From Macrostomum lignano (Eukaryota): a stretch of 64,000 nucleotides of DNA. Shown piece by piece: positions 1-13,290 of the stretch. The position numbers were made by a program, and so were the translations under genes. How positions within the stretch are numbered: the first letter of the stretch is position 1; each line of letters begins with the position of its first letter. The DNA is taken from assembly GCA_002269645.1 (NCBI GenBank), contig NIVC01000040.1, positions 310,001 through 374,000 of the forward strand. Direction: 5' to 3'. The notes below the pieces were generated by a model that was given only the letters and a program-made list of their open reading frames with translations, ran no database searches and was not told the origin of the DNA.

Positions 1-1875
1 CACGGATTTGTCACTGAAGAGTGTCACTGATTTGTCAGTCAAGAGTGTCACTGATTTGTCACTGAAGAGTGTCACGGATTTGTCACTGAAGAGTGTCACG
101 GATTTGTCACTGAAGAGTGTCACGGATTTGTCACTGAAGAGTGTCACTGATTTGTCGCTGAAGAGTGTCACTGATTTGTCACTGAATAGTGTCACTGATT
201 TGTCACTAAAGAGTGTCACTGATTTGTCACTGAAGAGTGTCACTGATTTGTCACTGAAAAGTGTCACTGATTTGTCACTGAAGAGTGTCACTGATTTCTC
301 ACTGAAGAGTGTCACTGATTTGTCACTGAAGAGTGTCACTGATTTGTCACTAAAGAGTGTCACTGATTTGTCACTGATTTGTCACTGATTTGTCACTAAA
401 GAGTTTCACTGATTTGCCACTGAAAAGTGTCACTGATTTGTCACGGATTTGTCACTGAAGAGTGTCACTGATTTGTCACTGAAGAGTTTCACTAATTTGT
501 CACTGAAAGGTGTCACTGATTTGTCACTAAAGAGTGTCACGGATTTGTCACTGAAGAGTGTCACTGATTTGTCACGGATTTGTCACTGAAGAGTGTCACT
601 GTTTGTCACTGAATAGTGTCACTGATTTGTCACTGAAAGGTGTCACTGATTTGTCACTAAAGAGTGTCACGGATTTGTCACTGAAGAGTGTCACTGATTT
701 GTCACTGAAAAGTGTCACGGATTTTTCACTGAAGAGTGTCACGGATTTGTCACTGAAGAGTGTCACTGATTTGTCACTGAAGAGTGTCACTGATTTTTCA
801 CTGAAAGGTGTCACTGATTTGTCACTGAAGAGTGTCACTGATTTGTCACTGAAGAGTTTCACTGATTTGTCACTGAAAAGTGTCACGGATTTGTCACTGA
901 AGAGTGTCACGGATTTGTCACTGAATAGTGTCACTGATTTGTCACTGAAAGGTGTCACTGATTTGTCACTGATTTGTCACTAAAGAGTGTCACTGATTTG
1001 TCACTAAAGAGTGTCACTGATTTGTCACTGATTTGTCACCGATTTGTCACTAAAGAGTGTCACTGATTTGCCACTGAAAAGTGTCACTGATTTGTCACTG
1101 ATTTGTCACTGAAGAGTGTCACTGATTTGTCACTGATTTGTCACTGATTTGTCACTAAAGAGTGTCACTGATTTGCCACTGAAAAGTGTCACTGATTTGT
1201 TACTGATTTGTCACTGAAGAGTGTCACTGATTTGTCACTGAAGAGTGTCACGGATTTTTCACTGAAGAGTGTCACTGATTTGTCACTGAAGAGTGTCACT
1301 GATTTGTCACTGAAAAGTGTCACTGATTTGTCACTGAAGAGTGTCACTGATTTGTCACTGATTTTTCACTGAAGAGTGTCACTGATTTGTCACTAAAGAG
1401 TGTCACTGATTTGTCACTGATTTGTCACTGAAAAGTGTCACGGATTTGTCACTGAAGAGTGTCACGGATTTTTCACTGAAGAGTGTCACTGATTTGTCAC
1501 TGAAGAGTGTCACTGATTTGTCACTGAAAAGTGTCACTGATTTGTCACTGAAGAGTGTCACTGATTTGTCACTGATTTTTCACTGAAGAGTGTCACTGAT
1601 TTGTCACTAAAGAGTGTCACTGATTTGTCACTGATTTGTCACTGAAAAGTGTCACGGATTTGTCACTGAAGAGTGTCACGGATTTGTCACTGAAGAGTGT
1701 CACGGATTTGTCACTGAAGAGTGTCACGGATTTGTCACTGAAGAGTGTCACGGATTTTCACTGAAGAGTGTCACGGATTTTCACTGAAGAGTGTCACTGA
1801 TTTGTCAGTGAAAAGTGTCACGGATTTGTCACTGATTTGTCACTGAAGAGTGTCACTGATTTGTCACTGATTTGT
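1..1875. repeat. Tandem satellite, ~24-bp unit GTCACTGATTTGTCACTGAAGAGT with 11-bp subunit variants
   Basis: Periodicity is directly visible; the 8-aa-periodic ORFs (SLKSVTDL) are its translation. Confidence 0.95.
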
Positions 1876-2294
1876 CACTGATTTGACACTGACTTGTTAA
1901 TATAAGTGTCAGTGATTTCACATTGCTTTGTCACTGATTTTTCTCTGATTTGTCACAGACTTGTTAATAAAAGTGTCACTAATTTGTTACTATATGCGTA
2001 TTACTCATTTAAATCTACAAAGTTCACTTTTTCATTCGTTAGAAAATTTTAACCTACGTTATCAGACTCAATACCTTTAGTTGCTTTTTATAAAAATTTC
2101 TCAAAAAGTGAGCTAATCCTTACTCAAGCATATTTTCTGCTTTTAATCTTTTCACAGCATTCGAGACTGACGGGGTATCAACTGCAGTTCCTGGGAGTCT
2201 GTAAGATAGCTTTGGTTCCATTAGAATCTTGGACCTAGAGATCTCATCCAAAATCATGAGAGTTCACCTGAAACCATGAGATCTAACCGAAATT

Positions 2295-2850
2295 GAGACT
2301 CTCTGAGATGTGATTCTTTTGAAATGATATTCTTGGGGATTATATTCTCTGAGATGAGACTCTCTGAGACGAAATTCTCTGAGATTAGATTCTCTGAGAT
2401 TAGATTCTTCTGAGATGAGATTCTTCTTAGATAAGATTCTTATAAGATGAGATTCTCTGAGATGAGATCCTCTGAGATGAGATTCTCTGAGATTAGATTC
2501 TCTGAGATTAGATTCTTCTGAGATGAGATTCTCTGAGATTGAATTCTTCTTAAATATGATTCTTATAAGATGAGATTCTCTGGATTGAGATTTTTCTTAG
2601 ATAAGATTCTTATAAGATGAGATTCTCTGAGACGAGATTCTCTGAGATTAGATTCTCTGAGATTAGATTCTTCTGAGATGAGATTCTCTGAGATTGGATT
2701 CTTCTTAAATATGATTCTTATAAGATGAGATTCTCTGAGATGAGATTCTTCTTAGATAAAATTCTTCTAAAATGAGATTCTCTGAGATGAGATTCTCTGA
2801 AATGAGATTCTCTGAAATGAGATTCTCTGAGATGAGATTCTCTCGGTTAA
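2295..2850. repeat. Degenerate ~15-bp minisatellite (GAGATGAGATTCTCT)
   Basis: Repeated gagat(g/t)agattctct units. Confidence 0.85.
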
Positions 2851-3108
2851 GATTCAGAGAATGGAATGGAGAATATAGATTTTTTTAGGGTTAAAAAAAC
2901 TTGGAAGACAAATTGTTTGCACAGAAATGTCCATAGAAACACACATTTAGAATCTGTTTATTATTGTAGGCAAAAAATATAAAAAACGGCACAGAGATTC
3001 CCTCATGAATATTTGTCGAACACTTCAATTTTTACGGTACGGCGCTTTCTGTAAAAAATGTTCACAAAATTTTTAAATCTTCATTCTTCTGTCGGCGCGC
3101 GATGAAGT

Positions 3109-6100
3109 TCACTTTAATTTTCTAAAAAAGTGAACAGCACCAATGGCTGCACAAGCAACGGCGGTAACGATTATCACCACCACCCAAGCAACTCGGCCGG
3201 GACTGAAAATATTTAATTTAGATGCTATTTTCCTGACTGCTCTACTGATTTAAGCAAATTTAGTAGGATAAGAATAATTTGAGAATATAATTTCCTTTTA
3301 AACTATAATCATAAATCTTATATTAAGATGTATAATACTACATACCATATACTATATACAAGATTTGAGTATCTCCATCTGGGCACCACTATCTGTAGGT
3401 AATTATAGATATGCGAAATCCCAATCTCCAGGTATGTTAGATGTGGGAAATCCTAATCATGGTATCTTAGACATGGGAAATTCCAATCTGCAGGTATCTT
3501 AGACACGGGAAATCCCAATCTTCGGGTATCTCAGACATGGGAAACCCCAATCTGCAGGTATCTTAGACATGGGAAATCCCAATCTGCAGGTATCTTAGAC
3601 ATGGGAAATCCCAATCTCCGGGTATCTTAGACATGGGAAATTCCAATCTGCAGGTATCTTAGACACGGGAAATCCCAATCTTCGGGTATCTCAGACATGG
3701 GAAACCCCAATCTGCAGGTATCTTAGACATGGGAAATCCCAATCTGCAGGTATCTTAGACACGGGAAATCCCAATCTTCGGGTATCTCAGACACTTACTT
3801 GTCCCAGAAGGTGCAGCAGTACTCAGCAGTCTCGGGTCCGCAGCAGTACTTCTTGTCGCCCCTGTCATCCAGCGGGCAGGCAAAAATTCCCAGTACAGTT
3901 TCGTTTCGATAGAGCCACGGTTCAACAACAGAATTGTTGAGGTCCGCGGTGATCGGGTCCAGCAGGTTCACGCACAGAGTGGGCTGCTCATTGTCATCGT
4001 AGTGCCTCCGGTAGCGCGAGCGGGAAAAGAATATGCCTCGCGTCAGGGCGAAGGCTTGGACATAGACGCTGAAGACCGGTGGTTCATGGTCTGTACACTA
4101 GTCATAACCCAATCTGTACACTCAGTCATGATCCCAATCTGTACATGATACCAATCTGTACATGATCCCAATATGTACATGATCCCAATCTGTACATGAT
4201 CCCAATCTGTACATGATCCCAATCTGTACATGATCCCAATCTGTACATGATCCCAATCTGTACATGATCCCAATCTGTACATGATCCCAATCTGTACATG
4301 ATCCCAATCTGTACATGATCCCAATCTGTACATGATCCCAATCTGTACATGATCCCAATCTGTACATGATCCCAATCTGTACATGATCCCAATCTGTACA
4401 TGATCCCAATCTGTACATGATCCCAATCTGTACATGATCCCAATCTGTACATGATCCCAATCTGTACATGATCCCAATCTGTACATGATCCCAATCTGTA
4501 CATGATCCCAATCTGTACATGATCCCAATCTGTACATGATCCCAATCTGTACATGATCCCAATCTGTACATGATCCCAATCTGTACATGATCCCAATCTG
4601 TACATGATCCCAATCTGTACATGATCCCAATCTGTACATGATCCCAATCTGTACATGATCCCAATCTGTACATGATCCCAATCTGTACATGATCCCAATC
4701 TGTACATCATCCCAATCTGTACATGATCCCAATCTGTACATCATCCCAATCTGTACATGATCCCAATCTGTACATCATCCCAATCTGTACATCATCCCAA
4801 TCTGTACATCATCCCAATCTGTACATGATCCCAATCTGTACATGATCCCAATCTGTACATGATCCCAATCTGTACTTGATCCCAGTCTGTACACTCAGTC
4901 ATGATCACAGTCTGTACACTCAGTCATGACCCCAATCTGTACACTCAGTCATGATCCCAATTAGCAGCACGAACTCACGAGAATCTGCTTCGCACAACGT
5001 TGGACACGGAGCCTGAGTACTTGATGGAGCGGTACCCTCCGCTGCGGTAACTCATGGACCTGGAGGAGTACCCGCCACCGTACCTGCCGCCCGACCTTCC
5101 GCCGCCACCCCTCGCAGCGTCAACTGGGTCGACTAAAAACATGTAAGTTAAGTCTGGAGTGCTCAGAGGTTTGGATGGACCAGAAAGGCACATGAAGGTT
5201 CAGGGAGATAGCGAAGAGCCAAGCGGTGAAGACATCAGAGTGATAAGAAAGACATCAGAGTGATAAGAAAGACATCAGAGTGATAAGGAAGACATCAGAG
5301 TGATAAGGAAGACATTAGAGTGATAAGGAAGACATCAGAGTGATAAGAAAGACATCAGAGTGATAAGGAAGACATCAGAGTGATAAGGAAGACATTAGAG
5401 TGATAAGGAAGACATCAGAGTGATAAGGAAGACATCAGAGTGATAAGGAAGACGTCAGAGTGATAAGAAAGACATCAGAGTGATAAGGAAGACATCAGAG
5501 TGATAAGGAAGACATCAGAGTGATAAGGAAGACATCAGAGTGATAAGAAAGACAACAGAGTGATAAGGAAGACATCAGAGTGATAAGGAAGACATCAGAG
5601 TGATAATAAGGAAGACATCCGAGTGATAAGGAAGACATCAGAGTGATAAGAAAGACAACAGAGTGATAAGAAAGACAACAGAGTGATAAGGAAGACATCA
5701 GAGTGATAAGGAAGACGTCAGAGTGATAAGGAAGACATCAGAGTGATAAGGAAGACATCAGAGTGATAAGGAAGACGTCAGAGTGATAAGGAAGACATCA
5801 GAGTGATAAGAAAGACATCAGAGTGATAATAAGGAAGACATCCGAGTGATATGGAAGACATCCGAGTGATAAGGAAGACATCAGAGTGATAAGGAAGACA
5901 TCAGAGTGATATGGAAGACATCAGAGTGATACTGAAGACATTAGAGTGATAAGGAAGACATCAGAGTGATAAGAAAGACATCAGAGTGATAAGGAAGACA
6001 TCAGAGTGATAAGGAAGACATTAGAGTGATAAGGAAGACATCAGAGTGATAAGGAAGACATCAGAGTGATAAGGAAGACGTCAGAGTGATAAGAAAGACA

Positions 6101-6859
6101 TCAGAGTGATAAGGAAGACATCAGAGTGATAAGGAAGACATTAGAGTGATAAGGAAGACATCAGAGTGATAAGAAAGACAACAGAGTGATAAGGAAGACA
6201 TCAGAGTGATAAGGAAGACATCAGAGTGATAATAAGGAAGACATCCGAGTGATAAGGAAGACATCAGAGTGATAAGAAAGACAACAGAGTGATAAGAAAG
6301 ACAACAGAGTGATAAGGAAGACATCAGAGTGATAAGGAAGACGTCAGAGTGATAAGGAAGACATCAGAGTGATAAGGAAGACATCAGAGTGATAAGGAAG
6401 ACGTCAGAGTGATAAGGAAGACATCAGAGTGATAAGAAAGACATCAGAGTGATAATAAGGAAGACATCCGAGTGATAAGGAAGACATCAGAGTGATAAGG
6501 AAGACATCCGAGTGATAAGGAAGACATCAGAGTGATAAGGAAGACATCAGAGTGATATGGAAGACATCAGAGTGATATGGAAGACATCCGAGTGATAAGG
6601 AAGACATCAGAGTGATAAGGAAGACATCAGAGTGATATGGAAGACATCAGAGTGATATGGAAGACATCAGAGTGATACTGAAGACATCAGAGTGATAAGG
6701 AAGACATCAGAGTGATAAGAAAGACATCAGAGTGATAAGAAACACATCCGAGTGCCAAGTCAAACAATCTTGAATGAAAAGATCAAGCAGCAACTTACGC
6801 AGTTGTCCCAGCAGTACAAGACCGCAAATTAGCAGTAAAATATTCTGCATCAGCCGCAT
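3109..6859 (-). CDS. 192-aa single-pass membrane protein: signal peptide, Shadoo-like RGG/GY-rich N-terminus, Shisa-like (STMC6/CX-type) six-Cys domain, C-terminal TM helix
   Basis: Exons 6859-6799 (MRLMQNILLLICGLVLLGQL), 5132-4979 (DPVDAARGGGGRSGGRYGGGYSSRS...VRSRF), 4068-3799 (VYVQAFALTRG...LCVN...FACPLDDRGDKKYCCGPETAEYCCTFWD), 3202-3109 (PGRVAWVVVIIVTAVACAAIGAVHFFRKLK*). All introns are GT-AG, phases 1,2,2 are consistent, total 579 nt. AATAAA at 2962-2957. The exon 3 acceptor was chosen by phase; an alternative AG at 4091 is out of phase. Confidence 0.85.
3415..3792. repeat. 32-bp intronic minisatellite (ATGGGAAATCCCAATCTGCAGGTATCTTAGAC)
   Basis: About 12 units, abutting the splice donor at 3798. 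Confidence 0.9.
4090..4960. repeat. 17-bp intronic minisatellite (GATCCCAATCTGTACAT)
   Basis: Near-perfect array; 17-aa-periodic ORFs in three frames. Confidence 0.95.
5228..6754. repeat. 20-bp intronic minisatellite (GACATCAGAGTGATAAGGAA)
   Basis: Direct periodicity; fills intron 1 of the Shisa-like gene. Confidence 0.95.
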
Positions 6860-7307
6860 GTTAATTTCCAATGGGTAGGAGATAGGTTAGCTGTAGTTGG
6901 CTCTTGCAAATTACTTTGTATTGCGTCTATGCTTGAGAAAGGCTGTATTAAAGTGTCTTGCGTCAATGCCACTCAAAAAACAAACCTAAGAAGTGTTCTT
7001 TTCTCTTTTGTACACTGAACTCAACGCACAATGATGTTGAGAGTACACATGCACAGTTAAAGCTGAGCATTAGTGCTCAGTTGTGCGTGCAGATTTTCTG
7101 GAAAGAAAATTGCTTTATCTTATAGTTAGCAATACTTTTCTTCTCTTCTAAACCTGTGACGCCAGCAGCCCTGCTCTATCTAATGCCTTATTTGGCTCGA
7201 GCGATATTTCTTATGAGTTGCGTACTGGGGCGTTGTCACTAATGCTTGAATTAACGTTCCACGGGTACATGTAAAATCCTAAACTAGGTATAAAGTTCTT
7301 TTTGCTT

Positions 7308-8542
7308 TTCCCCATACCCCTGTGCCCTTGCCCATACCCATGTGTCTTTGCCCATACCCCTGTACCCTTCCCCATACTCCTGTGCCCTTCCCCATACTCC
7401 TGTGCCCTTGCCCATACCCATGTTTCTTTGCCCATACCCCTGTACCCTTGCCCATACTCCTGTGCCCTTCCCCATACCCCTGTGCCCTTGCCCATACCCC
7501 TGTGTCTTTGCCCATACCCCTGTACCCTTGCCCATACTCCTGTGCCCTTCCCCATACTCCTGTGCCCTTCCCCATACTCATGTGCCCTTGCCCATACTCC
7601 TGTGCCCTTCCCCATACCCCTGTGCCCTTGCCCATACCCCTGTGTCTTTGCCCATACCCCTGTACCCTTGCCCATACTCCTGTGCCCTTCCCCATACTCC
7701 TGTGCCCTTCCCCATACTCATGTACCCTTCCCCATACCCCTGTGCCCTTCCCCATACCCCTGTGTCTTTGCCCATACCCCTGTGCCCTTCCCCATACCCC
7801 TGTGCCCTTCCCCATACCCCTGTGCCCTTCCCCATACCCCTGTGTCTTTGGCCACACCCCTGTGCCATTCCCCATACTCATGTGCCCTTCCCCATACCCC
7901 TGTGCCCTTCCCCATACCCCTGTGTCTTTGCCCATACCCCTGTGCCCTTCTCCATACCCCTGTGCCCTTCCCCATACCCCTGTGTCTTTGCCCATACCCC
8001 TGTGCCCTTCCCCACACCCCTGTGCCCTTCCCCATACTCCTGTGCCCTTCCCCATACCCCTGTGCCCTTGCCCATACCCCTGTGTCTTTGCCCATACCCC
8101 TGTACCCTTGCCCATACTCCTGTGCCCTTCCCCATACTCCTGTGCCCTTCCCCATACTCATGTACCCTTCCCCATACCCCTGTGCCCTTCCCCATACCCC
8201 TGTGTCTTTGCCCATACCCCTGTGCCCTTCCCCATACCCCTGTGCCCTTCCCATACCCCTGTGCCCTTCCCCATACCCCTGTGTCTTTGGCCACACCCCT
8301 GTGCCCTTCCCCATACTCATGTGCCCTTCCCCATACCCCTGTGCCCTTCCCCATACCCCTGTGTCTTTGCCCATACCCCTGTGCCCTTCTCCATACCCCT
8401 GTGCCCTTCCCCATACCCCTGTGTCTTTGCCCATACCCCTGTGCCCTTCCCCACACCCCTGTGCCCTTCCCCATACTCATGTGCCCTTCCCCATACTCCT
8501 GTGCCCTTCCCCATACTCCTATGCCCTTCCCCATACCCCTGT
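7308..8542. repeat. 20-bp C-rich minisatellite (CCCATACCCCTGTGCCCTTC)
   Basis: Direct periodicity; open in several frames on both strands. Confidence 0.95.
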
Positions 8543-8549
8543 GGGGTGC

Positions 8550-8790
8550 TTTCACAAGGTCGAAATTTCACAACATCGAAAACTTTAGCAAGAGACTTCA
8601 CAAGGTCGAAACTTCATAAGCTCGAAATTTCACAAAGTCGAAAATTTGATATATCAAGAACCATACAGTAGTTTTCTACGTTTTGAAGTTTCGACCTTGT
8701 GAAAGTGGCTGCTATTTGAGTTTTCGATGTTATGAAATTTCGACCTTGTGAAAGAAGGTGCTTTCGACGTTGTGAAATTTCGAGTTTGTG
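8550..8790. repeat. Degenerate short repeat (TTTCACAAGGTCGAAA-like, both orientations)
   Basis: Repeated ttcacaaggtcgaaa / tttcgaccttgtgaa; resembles the array at 60935-61342. Confidence 0.6.
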
Positions 8791-9280
8791 AAACCCCCCA
8801 CCCCTGTGTCCTTTCCCAAACCCCTGTGCTCTTCCCCAAACCCCTGTGCTCTTCCCCAACAGACGGAGAGGAGAGGAGAGAGGTAGAGTGGGAGAGGGAG
8901 AGGAGGCGCAGTGAGAGGTTTTGGTTACAGGCGGCAGCCCAGTGATTCAGCATTAGTCTAATATTATGCAACTCAGTGGCTCCCAAAGTCTCAGTTTACA
9001 CGTCAGCGCTTCGTAAGGCAGTAAAAACCAGGAGCCAAAGTTTATGGCTGCAACTCTTTGTTATAGTAGCTAATTAGCATATTCTGCTATGTTAATTTGT
9101 AGCTGAATTCGAAACAGTAAGCAATTCAGTGACGCGAAATTGGTATCAGGTATACATATTGGACTGGTTTTGTTTCCTGCAATTCGATACCATTTGCTAC
9201 TAGGGTGAGTAATTTCTCTCAGGGGTTAAAATCACTTTACGCTAATAGTCAAAATGTCTGTCTGTTTTGACTATTAGCGT

Positions 9281-9294
9281 AGACAGACAGACAA

Positions 9295-9365
<71 letters not shown>

Positions 9366-9366
9366 G

Positions 9367-9414
<48 letters not shown>

Positions 9415-9432
9415 TGCAGACAGACAGACAGG

Positions 9433-9498
<66 letters not shown>

Positions 9499-9572
9499 TG
9501 CAGACAGACAGACAGACATGCAGACAGACAGACAGACAGGCAGACAGACAGACAGACATGCAGACAGACAGG
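9281..9572. repeat. (GACA)n microsatellite
   Basis: Direct. Confidence 0.95.
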
Positions 9573-10009
9573 TACATACAGTGCTCTGGCTAGAATCAAA
9601 ATCAGAAGGAGAGCAATGCCCCTGCCTGCATGGTCCAGGATTCCAGGAAGAAGGAAGTTAAGTCTGAATTTCCTTTAAAAATAGCAACATGAGTCATTTT
9701 ACGATGGAGCGCGTGAGTTGATGGGGTGTTCAGAATACAAAGGTTAATGTAAAGGGCAGATCGAATTTCAAGGGTTTTTCTATAGTTCCCTATAAAACAC
9801 ACCGGTTTCTGTCCTGTCCAATGGTCTGCCGCCTTGGACCCTCAGCCCCCACCCACCCACACAGCCTATGCGGAAATGACTTTGAATTTGAATTACTCAA
9901 GGAGACCCAACATCAGTGCCTGGAGTGGAGTCTGCACATTCTCAGACAGCTGTGGGGTGGGCTGAATATTGTAACTCTTCAGTTTATGACACGTGAAAGA
10001 AAGGAGAGG

Positions 10010-12240
10010 GGGGACAGAGGGAAGAGAAGAGGAGAGATGGTATGAGAGAAGAGGGCAGGAGAGAAAATAAAAAGGGAATTGCGAGAGAATTGATGAAGAG
10101 ATTAGACTGATGCGAGATGAAAGGAGATAAGAGATCAGCGAAGATCAAATGAGAGAGCAGAGGGGAGTGTGGAGAGAGGAGACGATAGAGAAAGAAGAGA
10201 AAATAAAGGAGAGAGGGGAGAGGAGAGGAGAGGAGAGGATAGGAGAGGAGAGGAGTGGAGAGGAGAGGAGTGGAGAGGAGAGAGGAGAGAGGAGAGGATA
10301 GGAGAGGAGAGGAGAGGAGAGGAGAGGAGAGGAGAGGAGAGGAGAGGACAGGAGAGAGGAGAGAGGAGAGGAGAGGAGAGGAGAGGAGAGGAGAGAGAGA
10401 GAGAGAGGAGAGGAGAGGAGAGGAGAGGAGAGGAGAGGAGAGGAGAGAAGAGGACAGGAGAGGAGAGGAGAGGAGAGGAGAGAAGAGGACAGGAGAGGAT
10501 AGGAGAGGAGAGGAGAGAAAAGGAGAGGAGTGGAGAGGAGAGGAGTGGAGAGGAGAGGAGAGGAGAGAAAAGGAGAGGAGAGGAGAGAAGAGGAGAGGAG
10601 AGGAGAGGAGAGGACAGGAGAGAGGAGAGAGGAGAGGAGAGAAGAGAAGAGGAGAGGAGAGGAGAGGAGAGGAGAGGAGAGGAGAGGAGAGAGGAGAGGA
10701 GAGGAGAGGAGAGGAGAGGAGAGGAGAGGAGAGGAGAGGACAGGAGAGGAGAGGAGAGGAGAGGAGAGGAGAGGAGAGGAGAGGAGAGGAGAGGACAGGA
10801 GAGAGGAGAGAGGAGAAGAGAGGAGAGAAGAGGAGAGGAGAGGAGAGGAGAGGAGAGGAGAGAAGAGGACAGGAGAGGATAGGAGAGGAGAGGAGAGAAA
10901 AGGAGAGGAGTGGAGAGGAGAGGAGTGGAGAGGAGAGGAGAGGAGAGAAGAGGAGAGGAGAGGAGAGAAGAGGAGAGGAGAGGAGAGGAGAGGAGAGGAC
11001 AGGAGAGAGGAGAGAGGAGAGGAGAGAAGAGAAGAGGAGAGGAGAGGAGAGGAGAGGAGAGGAGAGGAGAGGAGGAGAGGAGAGGAGAGGAGAGGAGAGG
11101 AGAGGACAGGAGAGGAGAGGAGAGGAGAGGAGAGGAGAGGAGAGGAGAGGAGAGGAGAGGACAGGAGAGAGGAGAGAGGAGAAGAGAGGAGAGCAGAGGA
11201 GAGGAGAGGAGAGGAGAGGATAGGAGAGGAGAGGAGAGGAGAGGAGAGGAGAGGAGAGGAGAGGAGAGGAGAGGAGAGGAGAGGAGAGGAGAGGAGAGGA
11301 GAGGAGAGGAGAGGACAGGAGAGGACAGGAGAGGGAAGAGGAGAGAAGAGGAAAGGAGGGGAGAGGAGAGGAGAGAAGAGGAGAGGAGAGGAGAGGAGAA
11401 GAGAGGAGAGGAGAGGAGAGGAGAGGAGAGGAGAGGAGAGGAGAGGAGAGGAGAGGAGAGGAGAGGAGAGGAGAGGAGAGGAGAGGAGAGGAGAGGAGAG
11501 GATAGGAGGAGAGGAGAGGAGAGGAGAGGAGAGGAGAGGAGAGGAGAGGAGAGGAGAGGAGAGGAGAGGAGAGGAGAGGAGAGGAGAGGAGAGGAGAGGA
11601 GAGGAGAGGAGAGGAGAGGAGAGGAGAGGAGAGGAGAGGAGAGGAGAGGAGAGGAGAGGAGAGGAGAGGAGAGGAGAGGAGAGGAGAGGAGAGGAGAGGA
11701 GAGGAGAGGAGAGGAGAGAGAGGATAGGATAGGAAGAGAGGAGAGAGAGAGGAGGAGAGGAGAGGAGAGGAGAGGAGAGGAGAGGAGAGGAGAGGAGAGG
11801 AGAGGAGAGGAGAGGAGAGGAGAGGAGAGGAGAGGAGAGGAGAGGAGAGGAGAGGAGGAGAGGAGAGGAGAAGAGAGGGAGAGGAGAGAGGAGAGGAGAG
11901 GAGAGGAGAGGAGAGGAGAGGAGAGGAGAGGAGAGGAGAGGAGAGGAGAGGAGAGGAGAGGAGAGGAGAGGAGAGGAGAGGAGAGGAGAGGAGAGGAGAG
12001 GAGAGAGGAGAGGAGAGGAGAGGAGAGGAGAGGAGAGGAGAGGAGAGGAGAGGAGAGGAGAGGAGAGGAGAGGAGAGGAGAGGAGAGAAGAGAAGAGGAG
12101 AGGAGAGGGGAGAGAGGAGAGAAATGAGACCATAGATACAATGCAAAATGAAAGGAGAGAAAATATAAGAGTGAGGATAAAAGACGAAGAGCAGAGGGCA
12201 CTGGGAGAAAGGAGAAAAGAGATGGAAGAGAGGATTAGAA
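10010..12240. repeat. (GGAGA)n pentanucleotide polypurine tract
   Basis: About 2 kb almost purely G/A on the + strand; core 10210-12120. Confidence 0.95.
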
Positions 12241-12849
12241 AGAAGAGAGCTGAGAAGAGCTGAAAATATTGTAAAGTTTCAATCGAATTAACCCGAAGAC
12301 TCGTATACAAGCAAAAGTGAAAGAGTTGGCGAGTTTCTGTGTCATCAACTCATCTTTTGATATTTTTTTAACAAATAACTTTCCACAACGATAGGAAATC
12401 TGTCAAGAGTTGCTGAATTTCCAAACACTCCAAGTTGCCAGTCCTCCTTGGCGCGGAGGTTGGGGTGGATGTCGAACCCAGCTAATGCCCATAAATTCTC
12501 AGACTCGACCGGGGGTCAAGCAAGGGTTGGTCCCGTGAGGAGGCCAAAGTGTTGATTTCCGCTAAGGTTATAAAGAAGGCCCCTCGGCCCCAGTTTACAG
12601 ACGTCAAAAAAACCCACACTGTTCAAACTTTGTCCCTAATCTGTATTGGAATTTCATTTCCTATCCACAGGTAAAATAGAATTGGTAACTACGACAGACA
12701 GACTGACACACACAACAGCCGTGAGAGTAGGGGGACAGCTTCTTGATGACGCCGCGAAGTTATTGACAAGAAGTCTTTGGTGTCATGGAGCTGCTCTCCT
12801 GTTCTCAGCGTCTTTGGCTGCAACCTGCGTTTGGATAGTTCAATTGTTC

Positions 12850-13290
12850 CTACCTACCTACTTCTCTTTACTATCTCCCTGTCTATCTACTTCTCAAGCT
12901 ACTTACTACTTACTACACTATCTATACTTACTGATACTTCTAGTTCTATCTACGCTCGTATCTACTTTTTAGCCTCTGTTAATCTACATCTCAACTTACT
13001 CCTTACCCTGTATATCTAATTCTCAACCTACTCTGTCTATCTACTTCTCAAACTACCGTCTATCTACTTCTAAAACTACCATCTGTCTATCTACTTCTCA
13101 AACTACCCTGCCTATCTACTTCTCAACCTATACCTGGTCTATCTACTTCTCAGACTCCTCTATCTATCTATCATACCTATCTACTTCTCAACCTACCCTG
13201 TCTATCTACTTCTCAACCTACTCTGTCTATCTACTTCTCAACCTACCTGGTCTATCTACTTCTCAGACTCCTCTATCTATCTATCTATCA
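12850..13290. repeat. Degenerate repeat (CTATCTACTTCTCAACCTA-like)
   Basis: Repeated ctatctacttctca core. Confidence 0.75.

Noticed and set aside
4069-4090. Longer exon 3 of the Shisa-like gene using the AG at 4091-4092
   Set aside because: Out of phase with exon 2 (gives an immediate stop) unless an unseen exon exists
8880-12850. Scattered + strand exon-like segments (9150-9210, 9600-9960, 12670-12840) with splice-like motifs
   Set aside because: Could not be joined into a phase-consistent ORF with any recognisable domain
7211-13000. Long G/P/C-rich, R/E/G-rich and L/S/P-rich ORFs resembling structural proteins
   Set aside because: They are translations of 20-bp and 5-bp repeats, open in several frames on both strands, with no splice context
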